Assembly (NCBI GenBank): GCA_043228905.1
Contig: JBHGNT010000020.1
Span: 7,688,001 to 7,752,000 of the forward strand
Source: Azolla caroliniana
Lineage: Eukaryota > Plantae > Polypodiophyta
Reading direction: 5' to 3'
Length of the DNA stretch: 64,000 bases
The notes beneath the pieces are model-generated. The model did not search any database. It saw only the letters and a list, made by a program, of their open reading frames with translations, and was not told where the DNA came from. Within the stretch, counting starts at the first letter, position 1. Each line of letters opens with the position of its first letter. The position numbers and the translations under genes are program-made. Shown in pieces: positions 49,089 to 60,900 of this stretch.

Positions 49089-50637
49089 TCCATTCCGGTC
49101 CGGCCCCCTCCGGTCTTTACCGTTCCGGTCCGGTGTCTGCTTTGAATCGGTACCATCGGTTTCCTTGTCTTTTCGGAAGTGCCGACAGTTCTTCTGGAAG
49201 TGTCCCGGCTTGCCGCAATAGAAGCAGGTAGGCCCGCCCCTTGACTTTGACCGTGTCCCCGACTTCTCCCGGTTTTGGGGACTACGGTTACTTTGTCTTC
49301 CGCGTTCCAATTCGGTAAGGAGTGCTTTGGTGTCGGAGCTCGTATCCTTATCTTTCCGACGCGCCTCTTCATCTAGCAAGCTCGACTTCACTCTTGCTAG
49401 GGATAACCGTTTCCCTTCTGGCCTGGCGTTGCCCAAAGTGACAACCAACGTCTCCCAACTATCCGGGAGCGAACCGAGCAGGAGTAGCGCTAGTACCTCA
49501 TCGGCGAGAGGTGCTTCCAATGATGTTGCTTGGTGTATTAGCCCCTGGAAGACATTCATGTGCTCCGCCATGCTGGAGCCATTTTGGTACCGGAGTCTTA
49601 CTAGCTTCCAGAATATCGAAACATAATGCTGATCTTCTCCCAGAGCTCATGAGCCTTGCTCTCTTCATTGAAGTTGTTGTATAGGCTCATGTCGATGAAG
49701 CACCGTATGTACGCCATTGTCTTCATGTGCATCACCTCCCATATCGTGGCGTTGATTTTGTCCGGACTCTTGTCCCCGAACTGAACCGGCAACCAAAGAT
49801 CTTTAACCACGAGCATGTCCCTCATCTTCGACTTCCACACGGAATAGTTGGAGCCGGTGAGCTTGAACATGCCTCCCAACGATTCGTCCATTTTCTGTGT
49901 CGTTTCGCTCTGATACCACTTTGACAGGAACTACGCGCTCCCGATGAACAATGCTCGGCCACAACCAAGCTTAGAATCAAACACAGAAAAACGGGAATGA
50001 ATGCACGACACAATGGAGAGAAGAGTACACAGGATGTTTACGTGGAAAACCCAAACATGGGAAAAACCACGGTAGTCCAGTGACTGCTAACTATCACTAT
50101 GTAACAATATACAACAGTGAGCTCATGGAGGCAACGACTTCGTGCTCACGATCTTCGCCACAGGCGGCGGTTACAACAGAGATACAAACTCTTTGTTTCT
50201 TTCTCTCTCTCTTTCTCTGTAAACTGTTGAGCTCTAATCTTGCGCCAACAAGAATGACAACAACATTATGCATTAAGTCATATTTATACTAAAATGACTT
50301 TTCGGCTATTTATAAATATAGCCCCGATGGACTCTCAGAAACATATTTACGAATATGTCCCTTCATCCGGTGAGCACTCCTCACCGGGCCTGCATCATCC
50401 GACGCTTGCCGGGCACTCATCATCCGGTTCTCACCGGGTCTTCCGTTTCCGGGTACTCCTCATCCGGTTCTCACCGGGTCTACCGTTTCCGGGTACTCCT
50501 CATCCGGTTCTCACCGGGTCTTCCATTTCCGGGTACTCCTCATCCGGTTCTTACCGGGTCTTCCGTTGCCGGGTACTCCTCATCCGGTTCTCACCGGGTC
50601 TTCTCACTTCCCATCTGGAGGGACCTGTTTCCTAACA
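49089..50637 (-). mobile_element. Ty1/copia G (D family): 5' LTR, PBS and gag only; inserted into the accessory ORF of gypsy G2
   Basis: LTR 49922-50637 and PBS TGGTATCAGAGC at ~49907-49918. Gag is nearly identical to 34420-35245 and is truncated at ~49089. Confidence 0.92.
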
Positions 50638-52953
50638 TGAGGTTCCTCTTCTTTGGCTGTGCCCGGACTTGGCGTCGCGATGGATTCCTCATTTGTTCGT
50701 GTGTTGCCGGCTTGTGTGATCTGGTGAAATAGCTCTTCCTGGATTTCCCCAAAATCATCTAAGAGGTGCGCGAGTTCTTCAGAATGTTGGTCCGCTAGCG
50801 CATGATAGTCTTGCGCTAGGTCCTCGCGTACGACCGCAATGCTCTCCTCATTTAGTTTATAGAAACCTTGGCCGTCTTTTCGCCGGTTCTCCCAGTCCGG
50901 AGGATACACGTGCAATTCCGCTGCTTGGGTTGCCCACGGCCTCCATCCTTTGTCCAACGCCGTTTTCAATTGTGTTGTCAACCTCTCCCGATTTGTTTGG
51001 AGAAGGATACGCACATTATCTGTGATGGCCTGGCAACGGTTGCGTGCGTCCTCCATTGATTTTTGGAGGTTTGCAATTTCTTGTTGCTTAACCGCCGCCA
51101 CTTCTTCATACGTGGTCTTCAGGCCCGCCAACAACTGGGATTCCTTTGCATGTTGCTCTTCCAATTTCCCCATTTCATTGTTTAGGCGGATTTCGAGCTG
51201 ATGCCTTCTTTCTTGTTCGACCACCAACTGCTCGTCGAACCATACCTTCTTTTTCTCTAATAAGGCCCGGATTCCCGCGATTGCCGCCTCCGATTTCTTC
51301 GCTTCCTCCTGTAATTGGGCGTTTTCGTCTTTTGTCCGGATGTGCTGAGCTACCTCCGTAGCGAGTTTCTCTTCAAGGGTTTTTACTGCCTTCCGGCCGT
51401 TAGCCCGTATCTCCTTTTCTCTGTCTGAGGATTGGTGTAGTTCAGCTCGAAGGTGGTCAATTTCTGATTCTGCTAGTTGCATGACCCTTTTCGCTTTTGA
51501 GGCGATGGCGGTCTGAGCCTCAATTTCTTCCTTTAAAGCGTCGATGGTGTGGTTTGGTGGTGGAGTTGTGTGTTGCGTTGTAGTCGCGTTAGCTTCTAAC
51601 TCCGTGATGCGTTCGTTGGCTTTTTGCAGCTCGGCTTCCACGGAACGTGCCGACTGTTCAGACATTCTTATTTTTAATGGCCATCTCCTTGGCGCTCGTG
51701 CTGACCTTTGCCAGTTTGCTATGGACTTCGACTAGGGCCGTGTTTAATGGGGGTATCTCCATCCCCACTCGACGTACCCCGACGTTCCTCTGTTTGCAGA
51801 ACCTGGCTGACCGGTCCTCATCGTCGCTCTCCGCCGTTTGTGTTAGGGCGCGCTCAATCATCTGGTGCTCCGCGTGCTCCTCGGCCATTCGTTGGGAGGC
51901 TTTTACCTGTTGTGTTGCTAGGAATTCCATGAGCTCAAAAGAAGTTCCGAACTGTAAGAGGGCGCTGAACTCATGGGCCATATCCGGGATATCCGGATAT
52001 GTCAAAACCTCGCTTTCCACCGTCAATATGGCTTTCCCTCGTTGGGATTGGGTTGTAATGATCGGCCGTGGCTCCCGGATGATTTTGAAGGTGGTATTGG
52101 GTTCCGTAGTTGCGGAGCCATCGCCTTCGGTCGGTGTCTCTATCGTCGTGGGGACGTCTTTGACCAACCCTCGCCCATCTTTCTTGTCCAATCTATGCCG
52201 TTTCGGTCTGGGGCTATCCTGTCGTGTTTCGGTGTCTAGCTCTGGGGTTGCTTCCATGGAACGCGCCGACTGTTCCTCTTGTGTTGTTCGTGTGTCCGGC
52301 TAGTCGGTAGGTGTTGTCCTCGTGTCTGGCTGGGCGGGTTGGGGTTCCTCTTCCCACTCTGGGGCCGCTAACTCCGCTAACCTATGCTTCGTGGAGCGGG
52401 GCGGGGGCGTGGGTCAGCTGGGCTGCGGTGTCGGCAGGCCTCGGGGTGGGAATAGTACCGTAAGGTACTGTTGTATGATTGGCCTGAGCTTTTTGCCTGC
52501 CTGATACGCATGCAGGCCTTCCCTTAACGTCGGCCCTGTGATGACCCCCCAATCGACCGCACGCCCTTCAAAGGTATCGATAATGATGCCCACCTTCTGC
52601 TTGGGCATCCCATATGCGTTGACATGTACGCAACCGACTTCTAGCAGGAACTTGGCAATTTCATGGAAGAAGGGATTCGGGATCTGCTTCGTTCTATAGG
52701 CCTTGGCGGAGGAGGAATATGGTCCGAAATATCGCTGCAGCACCTCTGCAGGAGGGATTTGGAAATGCCTTTCACTTAGCGATGACAGGCCCAAGTTCTT
52801 CCGGATGGAAGAGTTGGTGACCGTGTCGATGTTAAGCTTCCTGGCGATGTCCATGGCATCCGGGTGTGGGGGTGCCTCTGCGACCCGGATGTACCCATCC
52901 ATGCGTTTCTCCACGAGCCATTGGCGTAAGGCAGTAGAGATGAAGATTGGCAT
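50638..52953 (-). pseudogene. Disrupted accessory ORF of gypsy G2, C-terminus cut by copia G
   Basis: MPIFISTALRQWL... (ATG 52953), then 52257-51658 and 51665-50638; homologous to 37685-40601. Confidence 0.8.
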
Positions 52954-55900
52954 TGCCAGAGGAGGTTCGTGGGAAGGAGACCGGTGGTTGCGGTGGGCTG
53001 AAGCTCTGTGATAGGATGGAGGAGAAGGTGAGGGGGAGGAGCGATGGGAGCGCTGATAGCTAGAAGATGGGTTTCTGTTTTGTGCAGAAAATCTTCTATT
53101 TCCTTCCTTTTGTGGCTTAGGGTTCATTGGGCGGTGAGCCATCGTGGTGCCGCGTGTTCTTGAACTAGGAGTCTGTGCATGCATTTAGTCGTTTTAATAG
53201 TCGCTATCTTCTTCTTCTTTTTTTTTTTTTCCGTATCGGTTATCTACAGCCTATTTTTACATTGTGGTACAAGTGGGGTTGTCCATTTACGCTGCGGGTT
53301 CTCCGGCTCTGTCCTGTTCGGCGGTGAATGGGTTAGGTGGCGTACGGCCCAGGTAAGGTTTGAGCCGAAACCCATTCACCTTTTGCCATACTACTTCCCC
53401 AGCCACCATACCTAGTTGGAACGTGCCTTGTTCCGCTCCAATTATCCAGTATGGGCCGGTCTAGCGGAATCGTAACTTCCCTGCCATATGGCCCATGCGG
53501 GTTTGGAAAACCAGCACTGCTCGACCCACGACGAACTCATTTTCCCTTGCGTTCCTATGTCGATCCACAAACGCTTTACGCCGTCGCTATTCCTATTCCA
53601 ACACAACCATGTTGTGTACGCGTTTTTCCCCGAGTTCGAGTAGTTGGTGGAGCCGTACCTCCTCCGACTTGGCTTCTGATAGTCGGTTCCGTACCAGAAT
53701 CCGCAAACTGGGTACTTGAAATTCGACTGGCATCACCACCTCAAGCCCAAATGCTAGTCGAAACGGTGTTGACTGTATGCTTGTTTTGTAGCTGGTTCTG
53801 TACGCCCATAATGCACTCTGTAATTTGGTATCCTAGTCTGTTCTATTTTCATTGACGATTTTCTTCAAAATGGTTTGCAACGTCTTGTTGGTGGATTCCG
53901 CTAACCCATTCGCCTGTGGATAATATGGTGTACTCTTCTTATGGACTACGGCGTAATGATGTGTTAGTTCCCGAACCATTGTATTGAGAAAGTGACACCC
54001 CTGGTCACTGATGAGCTCAATCGGACAACCGAACTGGCACTAGATGTGCTCGTAAAGGAATCTGGTTGTGACGGCCGCAGTATTTTCATGTAGTGCCTTT
54101 GCTTCTACCCACTTGGTGCAATAATTCGTAGCTACCAATATGTATTTATTGCCCGTACGGGCTGCCGCCGGTGTGAAGGGGCCCACAAAATCCAATCCCC
54201 ACTTTTGGAAGGGGTCTAGTGGTAATACAGGCTGGTGTGGCATCCTTATGCCCTCTACGGGTTGGCCCATCGGTTGACACAAATAACACTTTCTACAATA
54301 CTCGGATGCCTCCTTTTGCGTTGTTGGCCACCATAAGCCTGCCTGCCATACTTTCCGGGCTATAATGTCGCCCGCGTAATGGCCGCCTGCCGTGCCGCAA
54401 TGCGCCTCCCGTAAAACTGCTTCCTTCTCGTCCTGACGTACCCCACGTCACCAAATGCCGTCACTTCCTTTGTGATATAAAACTCCTTCTACGAGGCAGA
54501 AGTGACGGCTTCGGACGGCTTGTCATTTCTTCTCGTCCGTGCGCAATTGTGGTGGAGGTAGTCCCGTAGTAAAAAAGTATGTCATGTCCATAAGCCACCG
54601 GTTCGGAAAGGTCGATTCCGTTTTTTCTGCTAGTGCTGCTACCCGCAGAATGTCGGCGTCCGGAAAATCGTCGTTATCTTTCTGTACTGTTTCTCCATTC
54701 TCGAGTCTGCTCAAAAAATCCGCCACTGCGTGTTGCGTCCCTGGTCGGTGCTTGATTACAAAATCGAATTCTTGGAGCAGCAGCATCCACCGCGGCAATA
54801 TCCCCGTCAGGTCTTGTTTCTCCACCAAATACAGCAGCGCCGAATGATCCACGTGGAACATGAATTTCCTCCCTAGTAAATAATGCCGGAATTTATTGAT
54901 GCTATAGATCATCCCTAGTGCCTCCCGCTCCGTTGTGGAATAGTTATGCTCTAATGTTGATAATTTCTGACTAGCGTAATACACTAGCCGGTACCAGTTT
55001 GGTTCGGTGAGCTGCATTAGTGCACTTCCTATTGCTATGTCCGAGGCGTCGACGAACACGTGGAATGGCTTCGCCCAAACTGGTGGTTGTACGACGGGAG
55101 CCTGTGTGAGCATTATCTTAAGTGCCTCATAGGCCTTATCCTCCGTTGCAGTCCATTGGAAAGGAGTTCGATGTACGGTAGCATGTAACGGCGTGGCAAA
55201 GTTCGCCAAATATCATATCATCCGACTATGCCACCATATTTGTCCTAAAAACCGTCCGAGCGATTTGGCGTTTGTCGGAGTTTTGGCTTGCGTAATCACG
55301 GAGATCTTGTTCGGATCGACAGCTATTCCCTCCTTGCTGACTATATGGCCCAGGAGAGTCCCGCTGGCTACGCCGAAAGCACATTTCGCGGGATTCAGGC
55401 TTAAGCATGCGGTGCGGCAACGTTCCAGGCACAGTTGTAAGTGCGTAAAATGGTCTATGGTTCTCCCATATACTGCAAAGTCGTCTAAAAAAACTTGCAT
55501 GAACGCCGGAATGTATTCCCCAAAGATCTCCGTAATTGTCTATTGAAATGTTGTCGGTGCCGTCTTTAGCCCAAACATCATGACGACTGCCACATAGACT
55601 CCCCAGTCCGTGACAGATGCCATCTTTTCTTGGTCCTCGGGATGCATGCGTACCTGGTTATACCCACTGAAGCCATCTAAAAAACTGTACATCTCATGTC
55701 CTGCGATGGCGTGTAGTACGCTATCGGTGAAGGGTAAAGGAAATGCGTCCGTAATGGTTACAATGTTTAATTTTCGGTAATCTAAGCATACCCGTATTTT
55801 GCCGTTTTTCTTTGGAACGACCATTATAGGACTTAACCATGTCGCTTGTTTAACTGGCCGTATGAACCCCACCTTCAGGAGCTTGTCAATTTCTTCTTTC

Positions 55901-57940
55901 ACGTGGGTTGCGTAGTTTGGGTTCATGCAGTAGCGGCGCTGCTGGACGGGTTTCGCGTCGGTTACTAAATTGATCTTATGCTGATAGAACTTGGGATCTA
56001 ACCCCTTCATGTCCTCGTGAGCCCAAGTGAACACATCTTTATATTTCGTGAGTAGTGCGATCATTGTGTTCCTCTGGTCCGTCCTTAATTCCTTTGTGAT
56101 GGAGAGGAAACGGGGTTCCGACTCCGTACCCACATTTACTTCTTCCAGGGCGAAGGCGGTGATTCGTCATGAAATTTCCATTTCCCTTTTGAATGCCGCC
56201 CGTGCTCTACTGAGTTCCAATATGGACTCTGGGTTTGGTTCGTAAGCCTCATCTTGGAGAATAGTGGTCGTGGCATATTCTGCCGTGGTTGCGATGACGT
56301 CGATTTAGAACAGCAGAATGATCCGAGGGTGCTCATCTAGGTATGCCTCTAATTTTGCATCCTCCACCCCAACCAACATATTTATATCTTCTGCGTATAA
56401 CGGTGTTATACCCTTGGGTTGTGGCGTGCTTCCTTCCGTAGGTACGCGAACCTTAGTGCACCCGTGTCGGAAACTGATACACTTGTGTTGCCAGCTCTAC
56501 TTGATATTTGCTGCCCGAAGCCATGGTTTGCCCAGAAGCACTGGGTACACCCCTGGGGCGTCCAAGGCGAGGACGACCGCCGAGATGTCGAAGCGATGTC
56601 CGCCCACGATTATGCCTATCTTGCGAATTAACCCCAATGGTTGTACGAAGCGGGTATCTGCCATTCGGAGCTAGAATGGGCAAGCCTCCCATTCTAAAAT
56701 GCCTAACTGTTCGCAAGTTTTTGCACTAATTACATTGACGCCTGAGCCGCCATCGATTACGCATCCAGGAATTTCCTGTCCGTGTAATATTAATGTAATA
56801 GCCGAGTTGTGGTGATCCACTATAGGCGGGCCGTCGCTAACGTCTGTAAGGTTTGTAGTGACACTCACCCCGGGTATGCCTGTCACCCATTCTTCCATGG
56901 TTTGATGGAAGTGTGGGACTAACTGCAACAGTTTCTCCATGGTTAACGTTATTTCACAGCCCGCTAATGCCTGCCAAATGGGGTCCGGAACCAGTCCTTC
57001 ATCCACTGCTCGCTCCCTCGCATTCGCGGAATCCCTTCGCATATGCTCTGTATTGGTCGGGTTGGCCTTTTCCACCCATGCCTGGGTTGTCGTCGTATCT
57101 CATCTTGCGCAACCCAATCTGCCGTTTTTGTTTGCTGGCGTGTCGTGACTTGCTGCACTTCCGCCGTAATCGTGTTGACGGCGGGCCCCTTGCCCTTGCG
57201 TGCTGGGCATTGTGTGGCATAATGTCCGGGCTGCTGACAAATAAAACAATGGATGCTTGATTCGCCCTTCTCGGCTCCTGGTGGTGTGTGCTGATCCCCA
57301 GGTGCAACTTGGTCCTCACGGTCCGACCTTGTTTGTCGGAACGCACGCGGTGGTTGCTGTTGGTCTCGTCGTGGTTCTTGGTGTCGCTCATCCCTCGAGC
57401 TTTCGTCATAACGCCGGGGATCTTGATATTGCTGCAGCTTCCCACGATAACCATTGAAGCCACCACGTTTGTTTGTCGGCCGATGATTCTCATAGCGTCG
57501 GCCCCCTTTAGCATAACTCAGATGTCCACGATAATCCTCCTCCTCTGGTTCGTCTTCCTTAGAGTCGTTGATTTTTCGGCGATTCCGGTGGTGCCGGTCG
57601 TCACGTGGGTTGAGCTCCATATACCGTGGTCGGTCTTCTTGCCTCCTTTGTTCAGTACGACGTGGGGGACGCTGTGTGTCCATGCTGCGAACTGTGGGAG
57701 TGGCTCTGTTCAACATATTGTATTCGCATTGTTCGACTATGTGAGCCTTCGAGCGGCAGATTGGGCAATGGATTCGCATGTTGCATTCCACTGCGGAATG
57801 CCCCGAATTCAAGCAAATCGTGCATTGGATTGCTTGACGAAACTGGCGTTCCTTGTCCTGGGGTAACGCTTGTCGTAAGGAGGACATAGAAAACCTTTCC
57901 TCCTCGTCGTCCAACTCGAGTTGGAATGCTCGTTCAATGA

Positions 57941-60900
57941 TGTAAAAAGTAACGTGCGGAAGCAAGTATGAAGACCGAACAGAAGGAAGAAAACTCAGGT
58001 TTAATGGAGAGCTTGAGCTTACGCAGTTTACGTGGGAGAGACAGAGAGAGAGAGAGAAACACAAGAGGTATATTCAAAAAATACATAATCTCTATTCACC
58101 ACACTCTATACATATGTGTGCTCAATGAACACTTTTATACAAGTCCTAGAAGGACTGACAGAAGTACCGATAGTACTTCAATGCTCATTAAGAGCTCCTA
58201 CACTAACTCCCAAATATATTCCTCACGGAATATCTTTCCTAACGGCCTCCCGGTTTACGCACCGATCCGGCCCTACCTACGCACCGGTCTGCGTACCGGT
58301 TTATGCATTCGGCCTAACTGATCGGTCCCAACCGATCCGGTCCTCGGCTTCTTCAGCCAATCCGGCCGATGTTGAGCTTGTCTCTCAACACTCCCCCTCA
58401 AGCTCAACTTGAGGCTCTTCAGGATCTTCGGGCTCACAACTCCGGTTCCTCCTGGCTTCACGCCTCGCTCGCGTTCCATGACCTGTTCGACTCCGCACGC
58501 TTCGACCCTTCCGGTCAACTTGTCTGCTCATGTGGCCCTTAGCTCTTCTACTGTTGCGGTGTTGACGCTTCTCCTGCTGCCTTTTCTTCCGCTTGGGCCT
58601 CGGTTGATTTAGCGTATCTGAATCAAACATCCGAACCGACTCGGCTACCTCCGATCGGTTTTCGCTCTCGTCCGAGTTGGCTGTCTCCAACTTTTCTTCG
58701 GTCTTCTCGCCCTCGATGGCGTCATCTTCCCCGTGCGTGGTTGGCTTCGGCTCTCTCCTTCAGCTATTCCCCTTCTGTCCGCTTCCAAACTATTCCGCGG
58801 GTCCGCCCTCGGCTTCTTCAGCCGATCCGTCAAAACGCCTTGCTTGGTCGTTCGGGTCGTTCGGGACTGTTCTCCCCCTCAAGTTTGGCACGTCGAGGTG
58901 ACGCAATCCGAGCGCACCTGAGAATTGCCGCAACTTGTCCAGACCAAGCGGCTTGGTGAAGATGTCGGCAGTCTGCCGATCCGTCGGAACGTATTGAAGT
59001 TCGACTTCACCGAAAAGGACACGCTCACGGACGAATGGTAGTGCACCTCAATGTGCTTGGTCCGTGCGTGGAAAACGGGGTTTTTCGCGAGCTGGATGCT
59101 GCTGAAGTTGTCGCAGTAGATCGTCGTCGGATCTGACACCTCCTCTTGCAGGTTCTTCAGTAGCCGCTTCAACCATATGGATTCGCATGTCACGACAGCC
59201 GCTCCTCGGTACTCAGCTTCGGTGCTCGACAGTGCAACTGTCAGCTGCTTCTTACTACTCCACGCGATCGCGGCACTCCCGAGTGAGAACGCGTATCCGG
59301 ACGTGGATCGGCGATCGGCAGCGTTGCCAGCCCAATCAGCATCGGTGTAGCCGACTAACTGCACGGCGGCACCGGTCCGATATAGCAGTCCCCGGTCCTT
59401 AGTGCCGTTGACATACCGAAGTATGCGTTGCGCACACTGAAGATGCTCCTCGGTAGGTCGCGCCATGAACTGATTGATCACTCCGACTGGATAACTGAGG
59501 TCGGGTTGGGTGATAGTCAAGTATATGAGGGTTCCGACAATTTGTCGCAACCTCGTCGGGTCGCATACCTTTCTCGTATCGGGACGAAGCTTGACGGTTT
59601 TGTCCAGAGGAGTCGAGACGGATTTACAATCGGCCAATCCGAATTTGAAGAACATACTCAACACGTAATGACGTTGGCTGATCAATATGCCTTCGGGGGT
59701 ACGCATCACTTCTATCTCGAGGAAGTCATGAAGGTCCCCCAGATCCTTCATGTCGAACGATACCGCAAGCTAGAGCTTCACGCGGTCGGCGCTGGTGATG
59801 ACCAACTCATCAACATATAGTAAAATACTAACCGGTCCGAGTCGACCTTTTCGGATGAACAGGGAAGAGTCCGATTTTGACGTGACGAAGCCCATCCGAC
59901 GCAGTTATTGCGTGATCTTCGCGTTCTAGGCACGCGGGGCTTGCTTCAAGCTGTAAAGGGACTTCTTCAGTCAGCATATTGCCGAGGAGTTCGTTCCGGA
60001 GTGAAATCAGGGGGGCTGTACCATGTACACATGTTCCTCAAGGTCACCTTGCAAGAACGCATTCTTTACATCCATCTGATGTAAGTGCCACCCCTTGGCC
60101 GCATCTACTGTATGCAAAACACGGACGGTCGTCATTTTTGCGACCGGCACAAACATCTCATCGTAGTCCATGCCGTGTTTCTATGCGTAGCCCTTTGCCA
60201 TGAGCCGAGCCTTGTACCGGTTGACTGAGCCATCGGTGTTGTACTTGACCTTGTACACCCACCTACACCCGATCGGTTTTACCCCTGTTGGTGCGTCAAA
60301 CAGGTCCCAGGTCTCGTTCTCCGCCAATGCGTGTATCTCTTCCTCCATCGCGGCATGCCACTTCGCGTCTTTAGCCGCTTCTGCGTAGCTCTCCGGCTCA
60401 CGCACTTGCGCTACACGGGTCATGTATGCATAATGATGCGCCATGTACTCGTTGTATCCGAACCACAAAACAGGATTCTTCTGGCGGGTAGATCGGCGTA
60501 ATCTCACATTAGCCGATGTCGAGGCCTTCTCGGTCGACGCGGACTTTACCTTTGAAGACCCGTCACCGGTTCCCTCGGAGTCGGACTCGCGTCGGTCTGA
60601 CTCGTTCCTATCCGTGCCGGAATCCGACACCTTCTTCTTCCCTTTCTCTTTGCGCGTAAGCCGTCTCCTTGACTTCCTACACAGGGAATGCACGACTGAG
60701 TCTCCACTACTCGCCAGCTCTTCATCGGACTGATCGTACCGACTCAGTCGTCCAATCAGTCCACTTAAGTGGAGTGAAATCGGCTTCTCTTCACGGGTAT
60801 CGATTTCGGGCTCATCCGGAGGCATCTCGGTCTCGCTGACCTCATCGTCAGAGCTTGGATTGGAGTCGGGATTCGGAGTCGGGGGCTGGTACCAGGACGC

